Both the position numbers and the translations under genes were made by a program. This document shows, one piece after another, positions 17,013 to 25,355 of a DNA stretch of 32,000 nt; position 1 is the first letter of the stretch; each line of letters opens with the position of its first letter. Source of the stretch: Enterococcus phage vipetofem; sequence record MT119361.1. One strand, written 5' to 3'. The notes below the pieces were generated by a model. The model was not told the DNA's origin. It saw nothing but the letters and a program-made list of their open reading frames with translations, and ran no database searches.

Positions 17013-17051
17013 AAATTTCTCTCCATTTCTTTCTAATTTATTTATAGTTAT

Positions 17052-17090
17052 ATTATATCATAAAAAAAGCTTAACGTAAACCGTTAAGCT
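17052..17090 (-). promoter_or_regulatory. Promoter P13 (TTTACG) overlapping terminator hairpin after the beta-GT gene
   Basis: AGCTTAACGGTTTACGTTAAGCTTTTTTTATGATATAAT. Confidence 0.85.
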
Positions 17091-18142
17091 AAAATATTTT
17101 CAAAATCTCTTAACCATTGAGAAGAATCAATCATTTTTTCTAATACTTCTTTTTGCTCTTGAATCGCTAATTTTCTCTTATTTTCATCATCTTTAAGAGA
17201 TTTTACAACGTTGATAAGATCTTCTTCTTTTTCAACATATCGCCATGGAGAATTAGGAAATAGATTGTGGTAAGAGTCAAAATCGTTGTCAATGAGGACT
17301 ACAGCATCGCTACTCAAAGTTTCCCAAACCCTCACTGTCAACATTGCATTATTATAAAATTTTTCACCAATAATTAAAGTTGAGAAACTTTTGCTAACCT
17401 CTTGCCTAATTTCATTCATTTTCATCTTTTTACCAAACGAAGGAAATGGGCCATCGCTACTTTTAGCTAGTTGTTTTTCTCTAATTGTTCCAAATACGTG
17501 GACATCTAATTTTTCTACAATGTTTCCACATAAAAATTCTGCCATTTTTGCAGCACGGTTACCTCCACGGAAAGAACCGTAATAAACTAAATCATACTCT
17601 TTTTCAGTTACTTCCTCAATTGGGTTCATTAATGCCACAATACCAGCATAACGCTCAATTGGGAAATGAGTGAATTCAATATCATTGAAAATTTCTTTTT
17701 CATATTGTGTTTTCACTTCATCTAAATTTTTTGATTGAGCAATCACTTTAATTGGAGCATTAATCCAAACTTCCTCTTTACTATATCCCCATCCACGTTT
17801 TTCAATTGCTGGCCACAATTGTTTAAATGGCAATCGAGCATCTGTTTGTAAAATATTAATTGTTCCATTATATTTTGCTAATAATTTATAATTTTTAATG
17901 ATTGTTGGATTTTCAACTCCACCAAAAAAGTTTAATGAAGCAGGTAAAACAACAACTTTGTCAAAATTATTAATATTCTCAATTTCCTCAAATGCGACTG
18001 CATATTCACCATTTTTATTAGAAGCAATTGTGACTCCATGGCCTAATTGTTCCAACATTTGTTTTAAGTAAACTGTTTCCCCACTTGATACAGTTCGAAA
18101 ATCTGTAATGTTATTCGCGACATTCAATAATAAAATTTCCAT
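17084..18142 (-). CDS. DNA beta-glucosyltransferase, T4 beta-GT homolog
   Basis: Near collinear with T4 beta-GT as recalled: NNITDFRTVSSGETVYL, KNGEYAVAFEEIENINNFDKVVVLPASLNFFGG, TDARLPFKQLWPAIEKRGWGY, APIKVIAQSKNLD, IEFTHFPIERY, YYGSFRGGNRAAKMAEFL, LTVRVWETLSSDAVVLIDNDFD. Confidence 0.9.
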   Translation of the reverse strand: MEILLLNVANNITDFRTVSSGETVYLKQMLEQLGHGVTIASNKNGEYAVAFEEIENINNFDKVVVLPASLNFFGGVENPTIIKNYKLLAKYNGTINILQTDARLPFKQLWPAIEKRGWGYSKEEVWINAPIKVIAQSKNLDEVKTQYEKEIFNDIEFTHFPIERYAGIVALMNPIEEVTEKEYDLVYYGSFRGGNRAAKMAEFLCGNIVEKLDVHVFGTIREKQLAKSSDGPFPSFGKKMKMNEIRQEVSKSFSTLIIGEKFYNNAMLTVRVWETLSSDAVVLIDNDFDSYHNLFPNSPWRYVEKEEDLINVVKSLKDDENKRKLAIQEQKEVLEKMIDSSQWLRDFENILA

Positions 18143-18151
18143 ATAATCCTC

Positions 18152-18568
18152 CTATTTTAAGCCAGTACTTCCAAAACCATCACTAGTTCTTTCGTTACCT
18201 GTTTCTGTGACAAAATCTGCAACCATAACTGGAATAATTACTAATTGCGCAATTCTATCATATTTTTCAATTTTAATAACTTCATCTGAAACATTTGTCA
18301 TAATTGCGTGTACTTGGCCTTTATATCCAGAATCAACAGGAGCATTTTGCGAAACTAATCCTTTTGAAGCTAATCCGGAACGACTCATCATAACTCCCAT
18401 ATATCCATCTGGTAATTCTAATCCAAAACCTAATGGAATTTTTCTAGTTTCGCCTGGCCAAATTAGTAATTCTTCAGTCGAGCGAACATCAGCTCCAGCA
18501 TCATTATAATGCGCTCTTTTTGGTTGGTAAATTTCTTCATCACTAAACATATTGATTTTAATTTTCAT
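18152..18568 (-). CDS. Trimeric dUTPase-fold nucleotidohydrolase (second copy)
   Basis: AGADVRSTEE, SRSGLASKG, NAPVDSGYKGQV, YDRIAQLVI, RTSDGFGSTG. Confidence 0.85.
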   Translation of the reverse strand: MKIKINMFSDEEIYQPKRAHYNDAGADVRSTEELLIWPGETRKIPLGFGLELPDGYMGVMMSRSGLASKGLVSQNAPVDSGYKGQVHAIMTNVSDEVIKIEKYDRIAQLVIIPVMVADFVTETGNERTSDGFGSTGLK

Positions 18569-18596
18569 ATCTCTTCTCCTTTATACAAACTATCTG

Positions 18597-19442
18597 CTAA
18601 AAAGCAGATAGTTTTTCAATTGTATTTTTTACTTCTTCACCTTTAATAATTCCACGACGGTCACAAATTTCAACTAAACTTAATTTTGGATTTTTATCAT
18701 ATTTTACAGTGTGATATAAATCACTTGCTGAATATAAAAGGTCAACCCCATTAATTCGAATATCTACTTCTTGGTTTTTATCATAAATATCAATTGATTT
18801 ACGTAATTTCTCTTCATCACGTAAATAATAATGTAATGAAGTAGCGAAATGTGTATATGTTCCAACTGAAACATTTAATCGTTGTGCAACTAATTGTTGT
18901 AATGACGTAAAGTAAAATAAGTCATATGGAGTACCAGTCCACAAATCATTAGAGCGCATAATTCCAGTCATATGCAATTCATTATCACGAATTAAAAACT
19001 GTAAGGCAATTGTGCACATTTCATCCTTTGTTTCAATGACGTCTCGTCGTGGAATATTAATATTTAAAACTGCTCGACGACTATATTTATCTTTCGATAA
19101 TAGTTCAACTGCTTTATCGATTTGGTTAAAACCATGTTTATTTTTTAAAATATATCCATATGCACTATTATTATAAATTCCATTATCTGTTAAATGGTTC
19201 CATACACGACCAAATTTACTAATAAATTCTACATCATCTTTACCTGCGCCATACCAAACCATTTCACCTAAATAATATGTTAATGAAAAACTATTTCTGC
19301 ATGAAACAATATTTTCCCATGGATTTTCAATTTGAAAAGCAACATTTGTCAATTCTTTTGTATTGCCAATCTCGTCGCCTTTGTTAACTACTTCTTTAAC
19401 TAAATGATACCATGCATCATTCACATTTTTAAATTTCAACAT
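18597..19442 (-). CDS. Thymidylate synthase-fold dCMP hydroxymethylase candidate
   Basis: SRRAVLNI, EMCTIALQFLIRDNELHMTGIMRSNDLWTGTPYDLFYFTSLQQLVAQ; catalytic Cys, and Asp at the position where thymidylate synthases have the pyrimidine-specificity Asn. Confidence 0.8.
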   Translation of the reverse strand: MLKFKNVNDAWYHLVKEVVNKGDEIGNTKELTNVAFQIENPWENIVSCRNSFSLTYYLGEMVWYGAGKDDVEFISKFGRVWNHLTDNGIYNNSAYGYILKNKHGFNQIDKAVELLSKDKYSRRAVLNINIPRRDVIETKDEMCTIALQFLIRDNELHMTGIMRSNDLWTGTPYDLFYFTSLQQLVAQRLNVSVGTYTHFATSLHYYLRDEEKLRKSIDIYDKNQEVDIRINGVDLLYSASDLYHTVKYDKNPKLSLVEICDRRGIIKGEEVKNTIEKLSAF

Positions 19443-19952
19443 TTGTTCAATTCCTCCAATTTTTCTTCGATTAAACCAATAATTTCTTTTAATCTTACTT
19501 TTGCAACATCAAATAATAATACATTTTCACGATATTTCAGTGATTCACCAATCATCTTAAATGCAAAATTTGATTTTGACACTAAATCATGATCTTCATC
19601 ATCTGTATTTCTACCTCTACATTCAATTCGATCAAATAATAATACATCAGACGACGAATAAAGAATAACGTATAATGTATTTTCTGAACTCATTGTGACA
19701 TTAAATTCATCTAAATTTAATTTTCCTTCACGACCATATAAATTAGGATAAATCATTTCTCCTACTGAAAAACGATCTATAACATGATTTAATGATTCAC
19801 CTTTTTTACCTTTTAATAAATTTAAGTGTCCTTCCAATGAGTTATCACTATCAGAGCTCATATGATCATATGTCGTTAAATATTTTTCAATAAAATAATG
19901 AGAAATTGTGCTTTTTCCACTTGCTTTAGGACCCTCAATAACTAAATTCATA
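19436..19952 (-). CDS. P-loop deoxynucleoside/deoxynucleotide kinase-like protein
   Basis: MNLVIEGPKASGKSTISHYFIEKY, VIDRFSVGEMIYPNLYGRE; RBS TTGGAGG before ATG at 19952 (track start 19963 is likely too early). Confidence 0.75.
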
Positions 19953-19984
19953 AATACCTCCAATTTAATTTATTTTATAGGTAT

Positions 19985-20034
19985 ATTATATCAATAAATA
20001 GTGAAAATGTAAACCTTTAAGGCTTACATTTTCT
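19985..20034 (-). promoter_or_regulatory. Promoter P14 driving the kinase/HMase/dUTPase-like/beta-GT operon, overlapping a hairpin
   Basis: AAAATGTAAGCCTTAAAGGTTTACATTTTCACTATTTATTGATATAAT. Confidence 0.85.
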
Positions 20035-20224
20035 TAATTTCTTTTTTCTTGCATCTAACGACTGTTCCACTATTTAAAAGTGAAACTTCATAATGAAAAC
20101 CAGTCAATGCTGTATATTTTTGAGGAAAAACTTCTGTAATAATTCCAATTCGGTCTTCAATAATTACTTTTCCATCATTTACATTTACAATTACTGCCAT
20201 TCCTGATTCTAGTTTTTCTTCCAT
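20024..20224 (-). CDS. Hypothetical protein
   Basis: ORF track. Confidence 0.65.
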   Translation of the reverse strand: MEEKLESGMAVIVNVNDGKVIIEDRIGIITEVFPQKYTALTGFHYEVSLLNSGTVVRCKKKEIKKM

Positions 20225-20225
20225 G

Positions 20226-20372
20226 TTACCAATTTCCTCCCATGTTTACATGTTTCTTTTCTAAAAATTTTAATACTGCAACTTTTTCTTTTGCACTCAA
20301 GCTTTCTAATTTTGATATTGTTTTAGCTTGGTTTAAAATTTCTTGCTCTTTAGATTGATATTGTTTTTTCAT
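20226..20372 (-). CDS. Hypothetical protein (48 aa)
   Basis: MKKQYQSKEQEILNQAKTISKLESLSAKEKVAVLKFLEKKHVNMGGNW*, RBS AGAGGTAA. Confidence 0.65.
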   Translation of the reverse strand: MKKQYQSKEQEILNQAKTISKLESLSAKEKVAVLKFLEKKHVNMGGNW

Positions 20373-20394
20373 TTTTATTTACCTCTTTCTTTTT

Positions 20395-20589
20395 TTATAA
20401 TTTTGTTGAAGTTTGTTCTGTAATATGAGCAGCTTGCCAAAATTTATGATTTTCATTTTCTGAATTTTGTAATTGATACATTCCAATGTTGTATGGTGTA
20501 ATATTTCTATCTAAGATTAAATATACATCACCATCAAATAATACTTTATCTCCTGCGTTTAAATTGAATTTTTCTAAATTTTTCATCAT
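20395..20589 (-). CDS. Hypothetical protein
   Basis: ORF track; promoter at 20637..20665. Confidence 0.65.
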   Translation of the reverse strand: MMKNLEKFNLNAGDKVLFDGDVYLILDRNITPYNIGMYQLQNSENENHKFWQAAHITEQTSTKL

Positions 20590-20636
20590 TGTTATTTCCT
20601 ACTTTCTATTTTGTTTTGTTTATTTATTATATATTT

Positions 20637-20665
20637 ATTATACATTAACTTTTCTATTTTGTAAA
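20637..20665 (-). promoter_or_regulatory. Promoter P15
   Basis: TTTACAAAATAGAAAAGTTAATGTATAAT. Confidence 0.85.
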
Positions 20666-20671
20666 CAGTTT

Positions 20672-20800
20672 TTATAAAGTTTTTCCATAAATTTTTCCAT
20701 TTTTATCAATTATTTCTTCAATTTCCATTATCAATTCAACAGATTGAATTTGTAATTCAATTTCTTCTTCTATAGTTAAAGGTTGTTGCTCGTTCAGCAT
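20672..20800 (-). CDS. Hypothetical acidic protein (42 aa)
   Basis: MLNEQQPLTIEEEIELQIQSVELIMEIEEIIDKNGKIYGKTL*, RBS AAAAGAGGTAAG, own promoter. Confidence 0.65.
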   Translation of the reverse strand: MLNEQQPLTIEEEIELQIQSVELIMEIEEIIDKNGKIYGKTL

Positions 20801-20840
20801 TTTCTTACCTCTTTTCTATTTGTTTATTTATTATATATTT

Positions 20841-20895
20841 ATTATACATAAAAAATGAGACTTTGTACATAAAAAATTGCACAAAATCTCATTTT
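20841..20895 (-). promoter_or_regulatory. Promoter P16 (TGTACA) overlapping terminator hairpin
   Basis: AAAAAATGAGATTTTGTGCAATTTTTTATGTACAAAGTCTCATTTTTTATGTATAAT. Confidence 0.75.
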
Positions 20896-20896
20896 T

Positions 20897-21367
20897 TTAA
20901 AATAAATCTAATAGTCTATGATATTGATTAAATTTTCTTGTTTTACCATTTAAGAATGTAATTTCTTGTGGTATTTCTTCATTTTTCTCATTATAGTAAA
21001 CTGATATTTGATTAATGGATAGATTATATATTTCTTCTCCAAAAATATGGACAACGATATATATATTATAATTATCTTTTATTTTATATGGAGCAAAAAC
21101 AGTTTGGAATATTTCGTCTTCCTTTGGTTGTAAAGAAAAACCTAATATTGGAAAAATTAAATTTCCACCATTTCTAGCATGAAAAATATATGATTGTTTA
21201 AAATGAGTGTCATAAACTAATCTAACATTGTCATCACCATCACAAAGTAGTCTAAACGTCTTAATTAATTCATCTTTTAATTTTGGAATAAAATTTGTAT
21301 CTCGTGTAAGATACCTGTTTTTATCATCAATAATATATTTTAATGGGCCTTCAATTCTTCTATTCAT
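20897..21367 (-). CDS. Hypothetical protein; start likely 21367
   Basis: ORF track gives 21388; GGTGA upstream of MNRRIEGPLKY. Confidence 0.6.
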   Translation of the reverse strand: MNRRIEGPLKYIIDDKNRYLTRDTNFIPKLKDELIKTFRLLCDGDDNVRLVYDTHFKQSYIFHARNGGNLIFPILGFSLQPKEDEIFQTVFAPYKIKDNYNIYIVVHIFGEEIYNLSINQISVYYNEKNEEIPQEITFLNGKTRKFNQYHRLLDLF

Positions 21368-21743
21368 CGCGTTCACCATTATAATCACTAAAAACTAAAG
21401 TGTTGTCTTCCATAACATAATATGAATCAACTGTAAAAGGTTCGTTAATTCCACTCCAATACCATAATTCTTCTACTTCATTCTCATCAGTATATTTTTG
21501 TAAATATTCAAGTAATTGCGGAACTTTAACACCATGGTCTTTATCAATATCTAATAGTAAAAAGAGATCATTTTCGCCGTCCATGGAGAGACCAGTAACT
21601 GGCAAGTGACATTGTCCATGTGAAGGAGTTAGCGTTTCAATCCATACTTCAGTTTCTTCATTAATTTCACTAACAATTAATAATGATTCAATTAAATCAA
21701 TTATTTTCTCCACTTTACTATCTTCAATTTTATTATTATCCAT
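21360..21743 (-). CDS. Hypothetical acidic protein
   Basis: ORF track. Confidence 0.65.
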   Translation of the reverse strand: MDNNKIEDSKVEKIIDLIESLLIVSEINEETEVWIETLTPSHGQCHLPVTGLSMDGENDLFLLLDIDKDHGVKVPQLLEYLQKYTDENEVEELWYWSGINEPFTVDSYYVMEDNTLVFSDYNGERDE

Positions 21744-21757
21744 TTAAGATACCTCCA

Positions 21758-22360
21758 TTAGAACTCTGAGTTTTCTGCAACATCGGAGCTTTCTTCTGGT
21801 AAGCCCAATAAATCATTATTAATATTTAAAACTAATAGTTCATTACTTCCACTTGAAGGTTTAATTGTTGAAGTGTCAAAACCTAATTTATTTAAATGTA
21901 AAACAGCTTGAGCTCCATCTTTACAGCTTTTAACCATTCTATCTAATTTTTGAAATTCTTCTACAATTTCACCTCTAGTTTGGCGAATATTATCTTCTGC
22001 TTGGTTATAATCTGGAAGTTCATGTAACATTACTGTGTATGATACATCATCCGCAACTGCTTTCTCTAATCCTTTTTTGAGAATTTTATCCTTCATATTA
22101 CCTGTTGTTACATATAAGCCATATAATTTTGAAGAATATGTTGAATATTCAAAATCAATATCGGACAACATTCCATTTAATTCGCTAATTTTTTCATTTA
22201 ATTTTTCAATATTAATTTTTGAATATTTAGCTTTAATTCCTTCATACTTAATTTCATCTCTAATTTTGTACAGTGGAGCCAATTTTTTCTCTAAAATTTC
22301 TGCTTTCTTAGAATCCAAAAAGTCATACACATCGTATTTTGAATATTTTACTTTTGCCAT
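21758..22360 (-). CDS. Hypothetical protein
   Basis: ORF track; preceded by GAAAGTAGGAAATTATTATG. Confidence 0.7.
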   Translation of the reverse strand: MAKVKYSKYDVYDFLDSKKAEILEKKLAPLYKIRDEIKYEGIKAKYSKINIEKLNEKISELNGMLSDIDFEYSTYSSKLYGLYVTTGNMKDKILKKGLEKAVADDVSYTVMLHELPDYNQAEDNIRQTRGEIVEEFQKLDRMVKSCKDGAQAVLHLNKLGFDTSTIKPSSGSNELLVLNINNDLLGLPEESSDVAENSEF

Positions 22361-22407
22361 AATAATTTCCTACTTTCTTTTTTTTCTTTTTTTTTATTTA
22401 TATTTAT

Positions 22408-22447
22408 ATTATATCATAAAAATGGAGAATGTAAACAACATTCTCCA
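22408..22447 (-). promoter_or_regulatory. Promoter P17 (N16 spacer) overlapping terminator hairpin
   Basis: TGGAGAATGTTGTTTACATTCTCCATTTTTATGATATAAT. Confidence 0.85.
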
Positions 22448-22457
22448 CATTTTTTTA

Positions 22458-24287
22458 TTAAAAAACTAAATTTCCATCATCATCAAAGTTAGGATCGAAA
22501 GTTGGTGCCTTATCTTCAATTCCACTTTCTGCTAATGTCATCATTTCAAAATCATCTAAAACCACTTGTTCTTTTACTCTTCCATTCCATTCATTTCTAC
22601 TAGCGTGCCCAACTAAATTTACTACTAATTTTTGTTCAAAGCCCATTTTTTCTAAAAATGAATCAACTAAACCAGCTGGTTGTTTATACATAATAAACTC
22701 TAAACCATGGTCGAAAAACGTAACCACAGAACCTCTTTGTGATACACAATTGCGACCAATCACTAAGTTTTTATAACCAAATTTTGGCGCCGCCATGGAG
22801 CCACCGAAAATCCACGCATTATCATTAATCATTTTGATTTCCTCAATGTTTGTTTCATTTTCATAGATTTTGTTAACTTCATATGTCACTTGATTTACTT
22901 CTGTTTCTAAAGTTCCATTTTGCATTAATTCTTCTAATTTTAGTTCATCAATAATAACACCAAATGCATTATCATGTCCTTGTGCCAATTCAAATAGTTC
23001 AGTACTTAAACACCATTGTCTAAATGAAGAAACAGTTTTTTCATGTCCACGAGCTGAACCACTAAATTTCGTTCCTTTTTCTTCAGAAATTAATACAAGT
23101 GCTGGTTTATTATATTGAGAAACCAATTTATTAGCAATTAATCCAGTGATTGATCGATATTCGATCTCATCTTCATTGAGGGCCGCGATCACAATGTTTT
23201 CATTATAAGGATCCTCAATTTTTTTGAGAACTTTATCAATTTCTTTGTTTTGTCTATTTTTAATTTTTGATAAATTATCCATTAAGATTCCATAGTGAGT
23301 CCATGGTTCTTCACGAATTTCAAATTTATTTGTTAGTTTATTTTTTCTTCTCTTTTGAATGATAACTGTTTCATCAGCTGGCCAAAAACCAATTAGCCCT
23401 TTCATTAATTCAATTTTTTCATCCATTTTTCCAACACGTGTAACAGCATTAATATATGGAATAATATCAAACGACATATTGATAGGTGCAATTTTTTGGC
23501 CTTTTACAATACGGTTTCTTAATGCTTCTACTAACAGTGGATTTTTTAAATTATCTAATCCTTCACGGATAATTAATTGAATTTCTAAATCCGATACATC
23601 ACTTGCATCACCAATTTGTCCAACTGCTACTAAATCAATAATATCTTTTGAAAATTCATCAGTTCCAAATTCAGCGTCTAAAGTTTGAGCAAATTTATAA
23701 ACCATTCCTGCTCCAACAAGTTGTTTATTAACACCTTTTGTGTTATAAGATAATTGATTATTTACTAATGCATAACCACTGTATAATGCTTCCAATTCCA
23801 AAATTGGTTTTTCATTATCTACTCCATGGTGGTCTAAAATTAATAAGTCAATCCCAGCTTCTAATATTTCTTCTTGTTCTTTAAAATCATTAGAGCCTGC
23901 GTCGGGCACAATTAAAAAGTCAATTTTTTGCTCAATGATTTTTTCAACTTCTCCATGGAGTCCATGTCCTTTCTCATCATGAAAAATAAATTTCGCTCCA
24001 TGGTGTCCCCTCTTAAATAATACACGCGCCATTGCTGCAGCAGAAGTCATTCCATCAGCATCATCATCCACTAAGATTCCAATTGACGAATTTGTTCCAA
24101 TATGTTTTCGTACTAGATTAGCAGCTTTAAACATATTGAAATATAAACTCGGTTTTGAAATAATTTCATCTTCATGGTCTTTTCCATTTAAAAACATTTC
24201 TGGATTAACTCCATGGAGTGCTAACACATCCTCAACGAACGAATTTTTTCCTGGGTTAAACAAATTTTTCTCTGTGAATTCCATCAA
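22458..24287 (-). CDS. DHH/DHHA1-family phosphoesterase, RecJ-like nuclease
   Basis: ILVDDDADGMTSAAAMARVL, LIVPDAGSND, DLLILDHHGVD, LVGAGMVYKF, ..GSARGHEKTVSSFRQW. Confidence 0.88.
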   Translation of the reverse strand: MMEFTEKNLFNPGKNSFVEDVLALHGVNPEMFLNGKDHEDEIISKPSLYFNMFKAANLVRKHIGTNSSIGILVDDDADGMTSAAAMARVLFKRGHHGAKFIFHDEKGHGLHGEVEKIIEQKIDFLIVPDAGSNDFKEQEEILEAGIDLLILDHHGVDNEKPILELEALYSGYALVNNQLSYNTKGVNKQLVGAGMVYKFAQTLDAEFGTDEFSKDIIDLVAVGQIGDASDVSDLEIQLIIREGLDNLKNPLLVEALRNRIVKGQKIAPINMSFDIIPYINAVTRVGKMDEKIELMKGLIGFWPADETVIIQKRRKNKLTNKFEIREEPWTHYGILMDNLSKIKNRQNKEIDKVLKKIEDPYNENIVIAALNEDEIEYRSITGLIANKLVSQYNKPALVLISEEKGTKFSGSARGHEKTVSSFRQWCLSTELFELAQGHDNAFGVIIDELKLEELMQNGTLETEVNQVTYEVNKIYENETNIEEIKMINDNAWIFGGSMAAPKFGYKNLVIGRNCVSQRGSVVTFFDHGLEFIMYKQPAGLVDSFLEKMGFEQKLVVNLVGHASRNEWNGRVKEQVVLDDFEMMTLAESGIEDKAPTFDPNFDDDGNLVF

Positions 24288-24294
24288 ATCTCTC

Positions 24295-25344
24295 CTAAAT
24301 ATATATTCTATTTTTAAATAATTTTAAAAATATTTCTTTTCCTTTATCCGTGGGGCTATCTTTTTCCTCAATGTCGTTTTCCAAATCCCATAAAACTGAC
24401 ACTCTTACATATGGCGCTAATTTTCTCTTAAAAACTCTTAATATTTTTTCAGCATATATTTTCTCTTTTTCTGTTCCAACTTCGCTGAATTCTTTATCAA
24501 CACCAATAATTACTTCATCTATATTAAGTTCCTTGATTAATTCAAGTTGATATTGTGTTAATGAAGAGCCTGAAACACATACACCAATTGAATGATCTGG
24601 TAACATACTATTTAATTGTAAAACACTTTTTTCTGATTCAAACAATATTAATTTTTTATCTTTTTCAATATTTTCTCTGTTTTCATAAAGACCATATAAA
24701 TTTGCTCCAGTCATATGTTTTAAAACTTTACCGCCATGGAATATTGGCATATATTTTTTACCTTCGTCCACTTCTTTTTTGTTTAAATTACGAGCACGAA
24801 CTCCAATTAAATTTCCATTTTTATCAAAGTGCGGAATAATTATTTGATTATTCTCAATGGAATATTTAATTCTATATTTTTTCATTGATTCTATAGAAAT
24901 TCCATCATTTATCCAAAGTTGGTGATAAAATGGATAAAAGTCTTTTAAAATATCCGAGTTTAACTTTATGAAAGTTGGCATTTCTACTCCTTTCATTTTT
25001 TCTAATAATTTTTTACCCGGATCTTCTACTTTTTCAAATGTAAAACCAACTTGATAATCATTATCTTGTAAATTATATTTTTTTACTATAAATTTTAAAG
25101 CATCTATAAATTCACCATCAATAACTTTTGCGACCATATCGAATATCGACATATGGCCGCAATTTGTCCAACATTGAAATGATTTACTTTCTTTGTAATA
25201 AGTCAGTTTATGTTTATGTCCACCATGGCAAATTGTCAACGCATCAATTGTATTTCCTCTTTCAATTGGTTGTCCACCTAATTCCTCAAGAAGATCAAAT
25301 ATGTCTCGATCATTTAACATTTCTACAACTTTTTTAGCGTCCAC
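24295..25344 (-). CDS. DNA primase, DnaG-like
   Basis: Zinc-binding N-terminus (CHGG..H..TYYKESKSFQCWTNCGHMSIFDMV), IIPHFDKNGNLIGVRARNL, TOPRIM (LILFESEKSVLQL ... IIGVDKEF). Confidence 0.85.
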   Translation of the reverse strand: MDAKKVVEMLNDRDIFDLLEELGGQPIERGNTIDALTICHGGHKHKLTYYKESKSFQCWTNCGHMSIFDMVAKVIDGEFIDALKFIVKKYNLQDNDYQVGFTFEKVEDPGKKLLEKMKGVEMPTFIKLNSDILKDFYPFYHQLWINDGISIESMKKYRIKYSIENNQIIIPHFDKNGNLIGVRARNLNKKEVDEGKKYMPIFHGGKVLKHMTGANLYGLYENRENIEKDKKLILFESEKSVLQLNSMLPDHSIGVCVSGSSLTQYQLELIKELNIDEVIIGVDKEFSEVGTEKEKIYAEKILRVFKRKLAPYVRVSVLWDLENDIEEKDSPTDKGKEIFLKLFKNRIYI

Positions 25345-25355
25345 TTATTTCACCT

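Noticed and set aside
18597-19442. Plain annotation as dTMP thymidylate synthase
   Set aside because: Asp replaces the specificity Asn and it is in an operon with a T4-like beta-GT; TS remains possible but is less consistent.
22035-22469. 144-aa plus-strand ORF
   Set aside because: Antisense to the 21758..22360 gene, low-complexity F/Y/I/S composition, no RBS; typical AT-rich shadow ORF. Other plus-strand ORFs in the track are rejected for the same reason.
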